DNA of 26,147 nt from assembly GCA_031257215.1 (NCBI GenBank), contig JAIRPC010000011.1, positions 1 through 26,147 on the forward strand, written 5' to 3'. Positions 1 to 7,985 of this stretch are shown in pieces. Position 1 is the stretch's first letter. Every line of letters starts with the position of its first letter. The position numbers were made by a program, and so were the translations under genes. The notes below the pieces were generated by a model. It worked only from the letters and a program-made list of their open reading frames with translations. It was not told where the DNA came from and did not search any database. The DNA is from Eubacteriales Family XIII. Incertae Sedis bacterium. Its GTDB lineage: Bacteria > Bacillota > Clostridia > Peptostreptococcales > Anaerovoracaceae.

Positions 1-1
1 T

Positions 2-211
2 GGGTCTAGCGGCGGGGCCAGGGGCGAGGCTGCTACGCGCATATTCAGCACGGCACCGCTCGACGGGCGGGCGTGGCGGCCGATAAGGATGAATACGGTA
101 TTCGCGTACAAGGGCGGCAGGCTGGTGTTCCAGGGCGAGCCGCATGGATACGGTTACACGGAGAGCGAGGACGATATGAAACGGCTGTATCAGGGTTTCT
201 CGGGGCTTTGA
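2..211 (+). CDS. 3' end of a probable class II glutamine amidotransferase (EgtC/YafJ/Dug3-like), truncated by the window edge
   Basis: Frame from nt 2 is open to TGA 209-211: ...RIFSTAPLDGRAWRPIRMNTVFAYKGGRLVFQGEPHGYGYTESEDDMKRLYQGFSGL*. The 'STxPL..W..' plus beta-strand tail resembles class II GATase C-termini. It lies 21 nt upstream of the next ORF. The catalytic N-terminal Cys is outside the window. Confidence 0.5.
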   Translation, partial: GSSGGARGEAATRIFSTAPLDGRAWRPIRMNTVFAYKGGRLVFQGEPHGYGYTESEDDMKRLYQGFSGL

Positions 212-232
212 GAACAACAAGAGGAGAGAGGC

Positions 233-1630
233 ATGAAAAGGGACGAGGTTTTGGAGCGGCTTTACGACAGGTATATCGCGCCCACCAAGCGCAAGGACGG
301 CAGCTATATCGGCGTAGAGATAGAGATGCCCGTCATCAATCTCGCGAGAAAGGCGGTGGACTTCTCCGTGGTGCACGACCTGACGCGCAGGTTCAAGGAG
401 GAGTTCGGCTTTTTCGTTTCCGTCATAGACGAGGACAGAAACGCCTGCTCCCTGCTGCATTTCGGGAACGACGATATCCTCTCGTACGATTGCTCCTACA
501 ACAACCTAGAACTCTCGTTCGGCAAGGAGCGCGACCTGAACTCTGTGGCGAATCGGTTCGCCAAATATTATTCCTTCATCAACAATACCCTCGCTCGTAG
601 CGGGCATACGCTGTCGGGGCTGGGCGTGAACCCATACCGCGCTTATAACCACCACGAGCCCATCCCGAATGCCCGCTATCGGATGCTCTTCCGCCACCTG
701 TCCTCGTATGAGCGGTATCGTCCGCGCGTGCCGATGTTCTTCCACCCCTACCCGCACTACGGCATGTTTTCGAGCGCGTCGCAGGTGCAGCTAGACGTGC
801 GGCACGATGAGCTGATCGGCGCGATACGCGCGTTCTCCCTGCTCGAACCTTTGAAGTCCGTGCTGTTTTCAAATTCGGTGCTGACGGGCGAGAACGACGG
901 GCTTCTCTGTTGCCGCGATATGTTCTGGGAGAACTCGACGCACGGCATCAACCCGCACAACATAGGCATGTTCGAGGAAATACCGGGTTCGATAGGCGAA
1001 CTGCTTGATTATATTGCTAGCACGAGCATCTACTGCACGGAGCAGGGCGGCAAGTACATAAATTTCGAGCCGATCAATATAGTGGAGTATTTTGGGCGCA
1101 GGCAGGTGAGCGGCGAATACTATGACCGAGGGGACGGCAGGTACAGGGACGTGGTATTTTCGCCAAAGGAAGATGATTTGAAATATCTGCGCACATTCAA
1201 ATTCGAGGATTTGACATTTCGGGGGACGATAGAGTTCCGCTCGGTCTGCTGCCAGCCGATACGCGACGCGTTCACGGTCGCGGCGTTCCATCTGGGGCTG
1301 TCGGGCCAGGTGGGCAGGCTGAACGAGATAATAGACGCCGACGGCTCGCTGTACCACCACGGCTACGGTGCGCCCGAGCTGCGCAGGCTGTTCAACAGGC
1401 GCAAATGGCCGGATTTCATAAGCAGGGACGCCCTTCGGGGGCTGCTGGCCAGCGTGCTAGGCCTGGCGAGGGAGGGGCTGGTTCAGCGCGGGCTCGGCGA
1501 GGAAAAATTCTTGGAGCCGCTCTTTGCACGCGCGGAAGAGCTGGCCAACCCCGCGTTGAAGTTGCTGGCGCACCTGGAATCAGGCGGCGATGTGGAGGAC
1601 GTCATTGCGGATTTTGGGGAGCTGGGGTAG
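233..1630 (+). CDS. glutamate--cysteine ligase family (GCS2/GshA-like) gamma-glutamyl ligase
   Basis: 465 aa with RBS GGAGAG. Motifs IGVEIEMP, NLELS, SASQVQLD and TIEFRSVC match the metal/ATP-binding strands of carboxylate-amine ligases. The substrate cannot be determined from the sequence. Confidence 0.8.
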   Translation: MKRDEVLERLYDRYIAPTKRKDGSYIGVEIEMPVINLARKAVDFSVVHDLTRRFKEEFGFFVSVIDEDRNACSLLHFGNDDILSYDCSYNNLELSFGKERDLNSVANRFAKYYSFINNTLARSGHTLSGLGVNPYRAYNHHEPIPNARYRMLFRHLSSYERYRPRVPMFFHPYPHYGMFSSASQVQLDVRHDELIGAIRAFSLLEPLKSVLFSNSVLTGENDGLLCCRDMFWENSTHGINPHNIGMFEEIPGSIGELLDYIASTSIYCTEQGGKYINFEPINIVEYFGRRQVSGEYYDRGDGRYRDVVFSPKEDDLKYLRTFKFEDLTFRGTIEFRSVCCQPIRDAFTVAAFHLGLSGQVGRLNEIIDADGSLYHHGYGAPELRRLFNRRKWPDFISRDALRGLLASVLGLAREGLVQRGLGEEKFLEPLFARAEELANPALKLLAHLESGGDVEDVIADFGELG

Positions 1631-1702
1631 TGTCATGCGCACTCTGGCCCAAGGCCGTGACTATGCCATGGATTGCGAATAGAGCCATCAATAATAGCCG
1701 TA

Positions 1703-2329
1703 TTATATCGAATACTCTGGTTCGAAGTCGTATTTTGTGCGGGTTTTTTTGTTGAACACCGTGACCGCTTCGCGCTTTTCGGGGTCACCCAGCATATAGA
1801 AGCCTTTGCCGCGGGCGTTGAGGCGTTCCAGCGAGAATACGCAGTTGTAGAGCTTGGGCTTGTCTGTTACCAGCTCGACGTCTGCGGCCTCGCCGCTGTA
1901 TTTTCTCATGCGGTAGTAGGGATCCCATGCCAGCAGCCTGTCGCCGTCCAGCCCCGTCAGGAGCAGGTAGTGGTCCACCTCGTATTTCACTCGCACGATG
2001 ACCGCGCCGCCCTCCTTCAGCGCCAATGTCAGGCGGCTGCCTGGCTCCGCGGTGACGCCCGTGCCCGAGAGGTACTCGGACTCGATGGGGAATTTGGTCA
2101 TCTGGCCGTATTCGTTCAGCCAGCCGGAAATGAACATCATGGCGAGCCGCGATGTCCCGCCCTTGCCGTGCTCGCCACAGCGCCCGTAGCTGTCCATCGC
2201 GTACATGGAGACGAATTTCAACAGCTCAGGCGGTATCTCCTCGCGCTCGAACAAAAAGCTGACGGCGTTCAGGAGCGTCGTCGGGCCGCAGTCGTATTCA
2301 GTCCTCTGATATGCCAACGGGTTTTTCAT
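1703..2329 (-). CDS. stand-alone C39-like (papain-fold) cysteine peptidase
   Basis: 208 aa with Q-x4-DCGP near the N-terminus (YQRTEYDCGPTTLLNA), downstream HYLLLTG and AWDPY, giving a Cys-His-Asp triad pattern. No signal peptide and no ABC domain. Confidence 0.7.
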   Translation of the reverse strand: MKNPLAYQRTEYDCGPTTLLNAVSFLFEREEIPPELLKFVSMYAMDSYGRCGEHGKGGTSRLAMMFISGWLNEYGQMTKFPIESEYLSGTGVTAEPGSRLTLALKEGGAVIVRVKYEVDHYLLLTGLDGDRLLAWDPYYRMRKYSGEAADVELVTDKPKLYNCVFSLERLNARGKGFYMLGDPEKREAVTVFNKKTRTKYDFEPEYSI

Positions 2330-2355
2330 AACTTGAATATCTTATCATATTTCGC

Positions 2356-2384
2356 TTGACAATGGGGAGGTGGAAAGGTAGAAT
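2356..2384 (+). promoter_or_regulatory. sigmaA-type promoter of the ABC operon
   Basis: TTGACA (2356-2361), 17 bp spacer, TAGAAT (2379-2384). Confidence 0.75.
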
Positions 2385-2394
2385 AATTAAATAG

Positions 2395-2423
2395 ATATAA
2401 CATATATGAAAACTATGTTATAT
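2395..2423. promoter_or_regulatory. operator, perfect interrupted palindrome ATATAACATA-N9-TATGTTATAT
   Basis: Perfect 10-bp inverted repeat just downstream of the -10 box. Related copies occur at 7674, 11833 and 16020. Confidence 0.75.
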
Positions 2424-2496
2424 GCGGAGCAGGAAGAACAGCTAGAACATGAAGTATAGGGATCACAGGAACAGCAGGTAGAAGGGAAGGTGTATC

Positions 2497-4182
2497 ATGG
2501 AAAACAGATTTTGGGCAAATAGGCGGGGCGAGCTTAGGCTCGCTCGTATCCTTGCGGCGGCACTCGTGGTCGCTCTTGCGCTTGCGCTCGGGTCGTGCAG
2601 CGGCGGAGACAAGGCGCAGGGCGGTGATGGCAGCGCAGGACAGGGCGGTGACGCGGCGGCCGGCGGCACGCAGAATGCCGGTGCGGACGTAGCTGACGGC
2701 GAGCTGGTCATAGGCATCCCAGGGTCGCTTTCGTCGCTCGACGTCAACCAGGAGGCGGGCATCCTGAATTATTATGTGGCCGCCATCGTGAATGAAGGTC
2801 TGGTCAGCATCGGCAACGACGGCAAGGTCATCCCCGCGCTCGCGGAGTCGTGGAGCGACGAGAAAGGCGAGGTCTGGAAGTTCAAGCTGCGCCAGGGCGC
2901 GAAGTTTTCGGATGGCTCGCCCGTGACGGCGGACGATATCATATGGTCTATCGAGCGGGCGCAGGATCCAGAGCGTTCGCCTGGCGTGTCGATATATTTC
3001 CCGGACTATGTTAAGAGCGCGGAGAAAACCGCTGACGATGAGATCACCATCACGCTTGAGGGCTCGCACGGCGGGTTTATCTGGGCGGTGTCCAATTCCG
3101 GCGGGCTTTTTGTCAACAAGAAGGAATGGGGCGAGAAAGCGGAAGCCATCGGTTCGCAGAAAGACTTGCTGCTCGGCAGCGGTCCGTACAAGGCGGTGGA
3201 GTTCGAGCCTGGCTCCCACGCCACATTTGAAGCGTCCGGCACATGGTGGGGCGGAGATGCAAGCATCCCGAAGGTCAGATTCGACTTCATCGAGGACGAT
3301 GCCACGCGCCTGCTCGCGTTCACGCAGGGCGATATAGATTTCGCGCTCAACATTCCCGTAGACCAAGCGGAGCAGTGGGAAAAGGTGGACGGCGCGAAAG
3401 TGGAATACATAGCCGACCGCTCATACTACGGGCTGACCTTCGACCCGAATGTCGAACCCTTTGGCGATGAGCATATCAGGAAAGCTGTCTCATACGCGAT
3501 AAACGCGAAGAGCATAGTGGAGGGAAGCATACTAAAGGGCCGCGGCACGGTGGCTACAGCCATCACTCCGCCAGAGCAGCTCGCCGCCGCGCTGACACTG
3601 GATGCGGCGAAGGAAAAGCTGGGAGGCATCACTCACTACGAATACAGCATTGAAAAGGCGAAAGAGGAATTGGCGCAGTCGAGCCGACCCGATGGGTTTG
3701 AAACCACGCTGTATTATCCGGACACATACCAGAACGCCGGGAAGGCGTCGCTCGTCATCGCCGAGTCTTTGAAAGAGATAGGCATAACGCTGGACGTGAA
3801 AGAGATACCGATCGACCAATGGCTGAACGAGGTCGGCGATGGCAAGCAGGGCGTGGCTTGGATGATATATTTCCCGACCACCGCCGAGCCGGGCGAAATA
3901 GCGGGGTGGCTGCTGGATGCGGAGGGCGCTGGCACGAACCCCGCCAACTGGACTGACGCAGAAGCCGCCAAACTGGCTGCGCGGATACTGGGCGCGGAGT
4001 CCCTCGAAGCCGAAATAGAGCCTACTGTCCAGGCGAACGAAATCGCGCAGAAGCAGGCCATTTATGCCCCGGTGTGGTGGGGTCAGTCAGCCGTGGCATA
4101 CGGCGGTGGCGTGACTGTGGACGGCTACGGGTCGTTCTCGCTCATATCGCAGAACTGGCCACGGCTTTTCTCGCTGGGATGA
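2497..4182 (+). CDS. ABC transporter substrate-binding lipoprotein, family 5 (peptide/nickel; OppA/DppA-like)
   Basis: 561 aa with lipobox LALGS-C, signature VIPALAESW..WKFKLRQGAKFSDGSPVTADD and GSGPYK. Confidence 0.9.
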   Translation: MENRFWANRRGELRLARILAAALVVALALALGSCSGGDKAQGGDGSAGQGGDAAAGGTQNAGADVADGELVIGIPGSLSSLDVNQEAGILNYYVAAIVNEGLVSIGNDGKVIPALAESWSDEKGEVWKFKLRQGAKFSDGSPVTADDIIWSIERAQDPERSPGVSIYFPDYVKSAEKTADDEITITLEGSHGGFIWAVSNSGGLFVNKKEWGEKAEAIGSQKDLLLGSGPYKAVEFEPGSHATFEASGTWWGGDASIPKVRFDFIEDDATRLLAFTQGDIDFALNIPVDQAEQWEKVDGAKVEYIADRSYYGLTFDPNVEPFGDEHIRKAVSYAINAKSIVEGSILKGRGTVATAITPPEQLAAALTLDAAKEKLGGITHYEYSIEKAKEELAQSSRPDGFETTLYYPDTYQNAGKASLVIAESLKEIGITLDVKEIPIDQWLNEVGDGKQGVAWMIYFPTTAEPGEIAGWLLDAEGAGTNPANWTDAEAAKLAARILGAESLEAEIEPTVQANEIAQKQAIYAPVWWGQSAVAYGGGVTVDGYGSFSLISQNWPRLFSLG

Positions 4183-4226
4183 GCCGAGCCAATGCGAAAT
4201 AATTATATGGAATAATTTTCGGGGAA

Positions 4227-5255
4227 TTGTTTGGTATGATAAGGCAGTGGGGTGATGTGAACATTCGCGGAGCGGCTAGGTATATCGCAAAGCGCATAGC
4301 CGAGTTCGCGGTGTCGGTGGTTGCGTTGTCGTTCGTGATATTCTCGTTGCTCTATATCGCGCCCGGCGATCCGGCCAGGTCGCTCGTAGGCACGAGAAAA
4401 GCGACTCCAGAGCTTTTGGCGCGCATTAGGGAGCAGTACCATCTGGACGACCCGTTTCTGTCGCAGTACGGCAGGTGGCTTGAGGGGGCTTTTCATTTTG
4501 ACTTCGGCGAATCCATCAGGTCTGGGGCATCCGTGTCTGACACGATAGCGCCCCATGCGGTGGTCACGTTCGAGCTGGTTCTCATATCGCTCGCGATCAG
4601 CGCGGTGGTCGGCGTGGCCTGCGGCATCGCGGCGGCCAAGGGCAGGGGGAGGTTGCGCGATGGCGCTATCACGGTCGCTGCGCTCGTCGGTACGAGTGCG
4701 CCGAGCTACGCGGCGGGGCTGGTGTTCCTCTATGTGTTCGCTCTGAAGCTTGGCCTGTTCCCTATCTACGGGATAGGGAACGGGAGCGCGGCAGATGAGC
4801 TGTGGCATCTGGCGTTGCCCGCAGTCACCCTGGCCTTCGGCGTGGGTGCGCTTCTCGTGCAGATAACGCGGTCGGCCATGTTGAAAGAAGCGGCGAGCGA
4901 TTACACCGTATTCATGCGGGCTCGGGCGATATCGCCTCTGCGCGTCACGGCAGCGCAGATGAAAAACGCTTCGCCCGCCATCCTGACGAGCGCGGGGCTG
5001 GTGCTGGCGGGGTTGTTCGGATCGACCGTCCTTGTCGAGAGCGTGTTCTCGATACCCGGGCTGGGAAATCTGCTTGCCTCGTCCGTGACGTTCCACGACG
5101 TGCCTGTGGTGCAGGCCATCGCGCTGCTTTTGGCTGTCTTTATCTGCGCCGCATCCACTGCGGTGGATATCTGTGTCTACCTGATAAACCCCTCTTGGGT
5201 GCAGCGGCACGGGGTGAGGTGGAAAGGGGGCCGGCATGAGCGCATCCACGCCTAG
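4227..5255 (+). CDS. ABC transporter permease (DppB/OppB-like); start uncertain (4227 TTG, 4236 ATG or 4257 GTG)
   Basis: PGDPA motif, YHLDDPFLSQYGRWL, DFGES, EAA-loop region 'RSAMLKEAASDYTVFMRARAIS' and hydrophobic TM segments. Confidence 0.88.
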   Translation: MFGMIRQWGDVNIRGAARYIAKRIAEFAVSVVALSFVIFSLLYIAPGDPARSLVGTRKATPELLARIREQYHLDDPFLSQYGRWLEGAFHFDFGESIRSGASVSDTIAPHAVVTFELVLISLAISAVVGVACGIAAAKGRGRLRDGAITVAALVGTSAPSYAAGLVFLYVFALKLGLFPIYGIGNGSAADELWHLALPAVTLAFGVGALLVQITRSAMLKEAASDYTVFMRARAISPLRVTAAQMKNASPAILTSAGLVLAGLFGSTVLVESVFSIPGLGNLLASSVTFHDVPVVQAIALLLAVFICAASTAVDICVYLINPSWVQRHGVRWKGGRHERIHA

Positions 5256-6066
5256 GCTGCGGCAAGGCGCGACGCTGGCCTCGGCGGGATTCTGTATTTC
5301 GCTTGGCATCCTCGCGGTCGTTCTGGCATTTGTCCTGTTCCCCGAAGCTTTTGCGCCGAACGCGCTGGCACAGGATGTGGCGCATGGTGGCCTGCCCGCG
5401 CTCTCCTCAGGCCATCCCCTCGGCACGGATGCCCTAGGGCGTGATGTCTTGAAGCTGCTTATCGCGGGCTCGCGCAGTGCGCTCGCCGGCCCGCTTGCCA
5501 TCGCCGCCGGCTCTATGGCGATAGGGCTTCTGCTAGGTGGGATAGCCGGATGGTACGGCGGCGCGGCAGACTGGATCATATCCAGATACGCGGATCTTAC
5601 GCTGTCCATGCCGTCGCTGCTGCTCGCTATCGTCGCGGCAGGCATCATCGGCGGTGGTTACTGGGTCAGCGTTTTGATAATGGTCATCCTCTATTCGCCG
5701 TTCGACATCAGGCTGGTCAGATCGGCGGTCATGCAACAGAAAGGTATGGCGTACATAGAGTCAGCGCGGCTGCTCGGGCTAGGTGCGCGGCGCATACTGG
5801 TGCGCCACATATTCCCCAATGTGACGCTTGTCATATTTGTGAATTTCTTCCTGAACATAGCGTACGGACTCGTTTCCATGTCCTCTCTATCGTACCTCGG
5901 CCTCGGCGTGTCCCCAGGCGCGGCTGACTGGGGTCGGCAGATATCGGACGGACGCGCGTTGCTGTTCGACAATCCGGCCTGTGCGCTCAGCGCTGGCGCG
6001 GCAATAATAATAACAGCGGTTGCGGTGAATATGGTGGGAAGACAAATAATGGAGAGAAGCCTGTGA
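5236..6066 (+). CDS. ABC transporter permease (DppC/OppC-like)
   Basis: HPLGTDALGRD, EAA motif YIESARLLG, LSYLGLGV..ADWG. Overlaps the upstream permease. Confidence 0.9.
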   Translation: MSASTPRLRQGATLASAGFCISLGILAVVLAFVLFPEAFAPNALAQDVAHGGLPALSSGHPLGTDALGRDVLKLLIAGSRSALAGPLAIAAGSMAIGLLLGGIAGWYGGAADWIISRYADLTLSMPSLLLAIVAAGIIGGGYWVSVLIMVILYSPFDIRLVRSAVMQQKGMAYIESARLLGLGARRILVRHIFPNVTLVIFVNFFLNIAYGLVSMSSLSYLGLGVSPGAADWGRQISDGRALLFDNPACALSAGAAIIITAVAVNMVGRQIMERSL

Positions 6067-7541
6067 TAAATCTGTCGGTGAAAAACTTAAAGGTGGGAAT
6101 TGGCGGTGCTGATATACTGGACGTGCCGGCATTTTGTATCGGAGGCATTGCCGAACATGCGCCGCGCATCGGCATAGTCGGTGAGTCTGGCAGCGGCAAG
6201 ACCATGCTCGTCAGGTCGCTCATGGGCCTGCTGCCGGCTGGCGTATCCGTCAGCGGCAGCTATGCGATAGACGGGATTGGTTTTAGCCTGAACGCCAAGG
6301 AGCGGGAGTGGCGTGGAGTCAGGGGGGCGCGGCTCGGTATGGTCATGCAGGATCCGTTCACGGCGCTTGACCCGCTAAAAAAATGCGGTCGGCAGATATT
6401 GGATGGCGTTCCGAAAAGCTCGCGGGCTTCGTTCGACACGCGGGCCGCTCTCGCCGAGGTCGGGCTTGCGGCGGACATCGCGGGCAGATACCCCCGAGAG
6501 CTTTCGGGCGGGCAGCGGCAGCGCGTGGTCATCGCCGCCGCGCTTGCCACGGAGCCGCAGCTTCTTATCGCGGACGAAGCCACCACCGCGCTTGACGTTA
6601 TTACACAAAAGGGCATACTCGACCTGCTTGACGAAATCAGGGAAAGGCGCTCCATGCCGTTCGTGCTTATCACGCACAATATCAGGCTGGTTTATCAGCG
6701 GACGGATATGCTCATCGTGATGGACGGGGGGCGCATCGTGGAGACTGGCCCGACTCGCGAGGTGATAGCGGATCCGCAGAGCGCATATACCCGCGCACTC
6801 ATCGAGGAGGACAGGCTCCTGCGCGTGAGCGCATACCCCGAATACCGTGTAGGCGGGCCCGTAATACTGAAAGTGCAGAACGTGGAGAAAAGCTTCGGCG
6901 CAGTCAAGGCGCTGCGCCGCGTGGACATAGAGGTATGTGAGGGCGAGATAGTTGGCATAGTCGGCGAGTCGGGCAGCGGCAAGACCACGCTGGCGCGAAT
7001 CGTGGCGGGGCTTGAGAGCGCCGACGGTGGCGATGTGAAATTCTTCGCTGAGGGGACTCCTAAGATCGTGTTCCAGGATCCGTATTCGTCGCTGAACCCC
7101 GCGCACACCGTGCGCTTCGCGATAGAGGAAGCTCTGGCGGCTTTCGGAAGGCCGCTGTCGGAGCTTTCGGAGATAATGGATCTGACCGAGTTGGATGATT
7201 CACTGCTGGATCGCAGGCCCGCAAAGCTATCTGGCGGCCAGCGTCAGCGCGTGGCCATCGCGCGCGCCCTCGCGACTCACCCGAGCCTCATCGTCTTCGA
7301 CGAATCCGTGTCCGCGCTCGACATCGCGACGCAGAACAGGATACTTGGCATGATAGAGCGGCTGCGCGGCGAACGGCAGCTCGCCGTGCTGTTCATCACG
7401 CACGACCTCTCGGTGGTGCGGATGCTCGCGGGCAGGATCTACGTGATGCACGAGGGGCGTATCGTGGATTCAGGCTCGGCCGAGCATATCTTCGAGGATT
7501 CAAAAGCGGGGTACACGAGGGCCTTGGTAAGTGCGTCGTAG
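6063..7541 (+). CDS. ABC transporter ATP-binding protein with two fused NBDs (DppD/F-like)
   Basis: Two Walker A (GESGSGKT), two signatures (LSGGQRQR), two Walker B (LIADE, IVFDE) and two ITH H-loops. Start overlaps the previous stop (GTGA). Confidence 0.92.
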   Translation: MINLSVKNLKVGIGGADILDVPAFCIGGIAEHAPRIGIVGESGSGKTMLVRSLMGLLPAGVSVSGSYAIDGIGFSLNAKEREWRGVRGARLGMVMQDPFTALDPLKKCGRQILDGVPKSSRASFDTRAALAEVGLAADIAGRYPRELSGGQRQRVVIAAALATEPQLLIADEATTALDVITQKGILDLLDEIRERRSMPFVLITHNIRLVYQRTDMLIVMDGGRIVETGPTREVIADPQSAYTRALIEEDRLLRVSAYPEYRVGGPVILKVQNVEKSFGAVKALRRVDIEVCEGEIVGIVGESGSGKTTLARIVAGLESADGGDVKFFAEGTPKIVFQDPYSSLNPAHTVRFAIEEALAAFGRPLSELSEIMDLTELDDSLLDRRPAKLSGGQRQRVAIARALATHPSLIVFDESVSALDIATQNRILGMIERLRGERQLAVLFITHDLSVVRMLAGRIYVMHEGRIVDSGSAEHIFEDSKAGYTRALVSAS

Positions 7542-7629
7542 GTGGCGGCGATTGCCTGCATCGAAGCCGCCGACTCCATTTTTTCGGGCCATTTCCAATA
7601 AACATTAAAAGGAAACTTAAAAAACATGC

Positions 7630-7658
7630 TTGACATATATGCAAACCTGTGATATAAA
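7630..7658 (+). promoter_or_regulatory. sigmaA promoter (copy 1 of a triplicated promoter cassette)
   Basis: TTGACA, 17 bp, TATAAA with extended TG. Sequence TTGACATATATGCAAACCTGTGATATAAA. Confidence 0.8.
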
Positions 7659-7673
7659 TTACTAGAATATATG

Positions 7674-7700
7674 TATAACATATATGTGAAGTATGTTTTG
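7674..7700. promoter_or_regulatory. operator copy (TATAACATA-tatgtgaag-TATGTTTTG)
   Basis: Same half-site and 9-bp spacer as 2396-2422, 15 nt after the -10 box. Confidence 0.7.
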
Positions 7701-7762
7701 CGAGAAAGGGGTTTGCGGATGGCTGTACGAAAATTAGAGATTCCCATATACGGACGATGTAC

Positions 7763-7804
7763 AATCCCGCCGAGCCAGGGCTGATGTCCTGGCGCGGCGG
7801 GTTT
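7763..7804 (+). other. strong GC hairpin in the 5' leader (possible attenuator or terminator)
   Basis: CCCGCCG(7766-72)/CGGCGGG(7795-7801) plus GCCAGG/CCTGGC, followed by TTTGCCGATTTT. Confidence 0.4.
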
Positions 7805-7837
7805 GCCGATTTTGCACAGCCGTCGGCTGACGAAGCA

Positions 7838-7985
7838 AATCAGTTATCGCAGGCGAATAAATAAGAAGGAACGGCTCAACTCCGACATGCAATCAGGTGA
7901 ACCGTTCCAGCGCAGCCCTAAGACCGCATAATCATTATAGCATAATTTTGCTTGTATGCGGTCTCGGGAAAGAAAGGAGAACGAC
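7838..7985 (+). ncRNA. candidate structured cis-regulatory 5' leader, copy A
   Basis: Aligns with 11937-12087 and has two conserved stems with a compensatory change. Not matched by eye to any known riboswitch class. Confidence 0.5.

Noticed and set aside
1632-1680. Third REP-like copy (GTCATGCG...GGATTGCG) after the ligase gene
   Set aside because: Only short fragments match and the nested palindrome is absent.
1703-2329. Bacteriocin/RiPP maturation protease
   Set aside because: No double-glycine precursor, PCAT transporter or modification enzyme is in the window, and the adjacent ABC system is an importer.
4214-4239. CodY-like AATTTTCGGGGAATT and an extended -10 (TGGTATGAT) between the SBP and permease genes
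   Set aside because: Three mismatches to the consensus in an AT-rich spacer, single occurrence and no -35. Too weak to call.
7887-7931. 14-codon leader peptide MQSGEPFQRSPKTA
   Set aside because: Not conserved: copy B has a stop after four codons, and there is no run of regulatory codons.
7928-7938. Fur-box-like ATAATCATTAT in leader A
   Set aside because: Only the core matches, and the aligned position in leader B (ATACATATTAT) breaks it.
7838-7985. Known riboswitch (T-box, SAM-I, ZTP, c-di-GMP-II, c-di-AMP, cobalamin)
   Set aside because: The hallmark motifs are not found by eye and only 4-6 nt fragments resemble them. It is kept as an unassigned candidate pending an Rfam scan.
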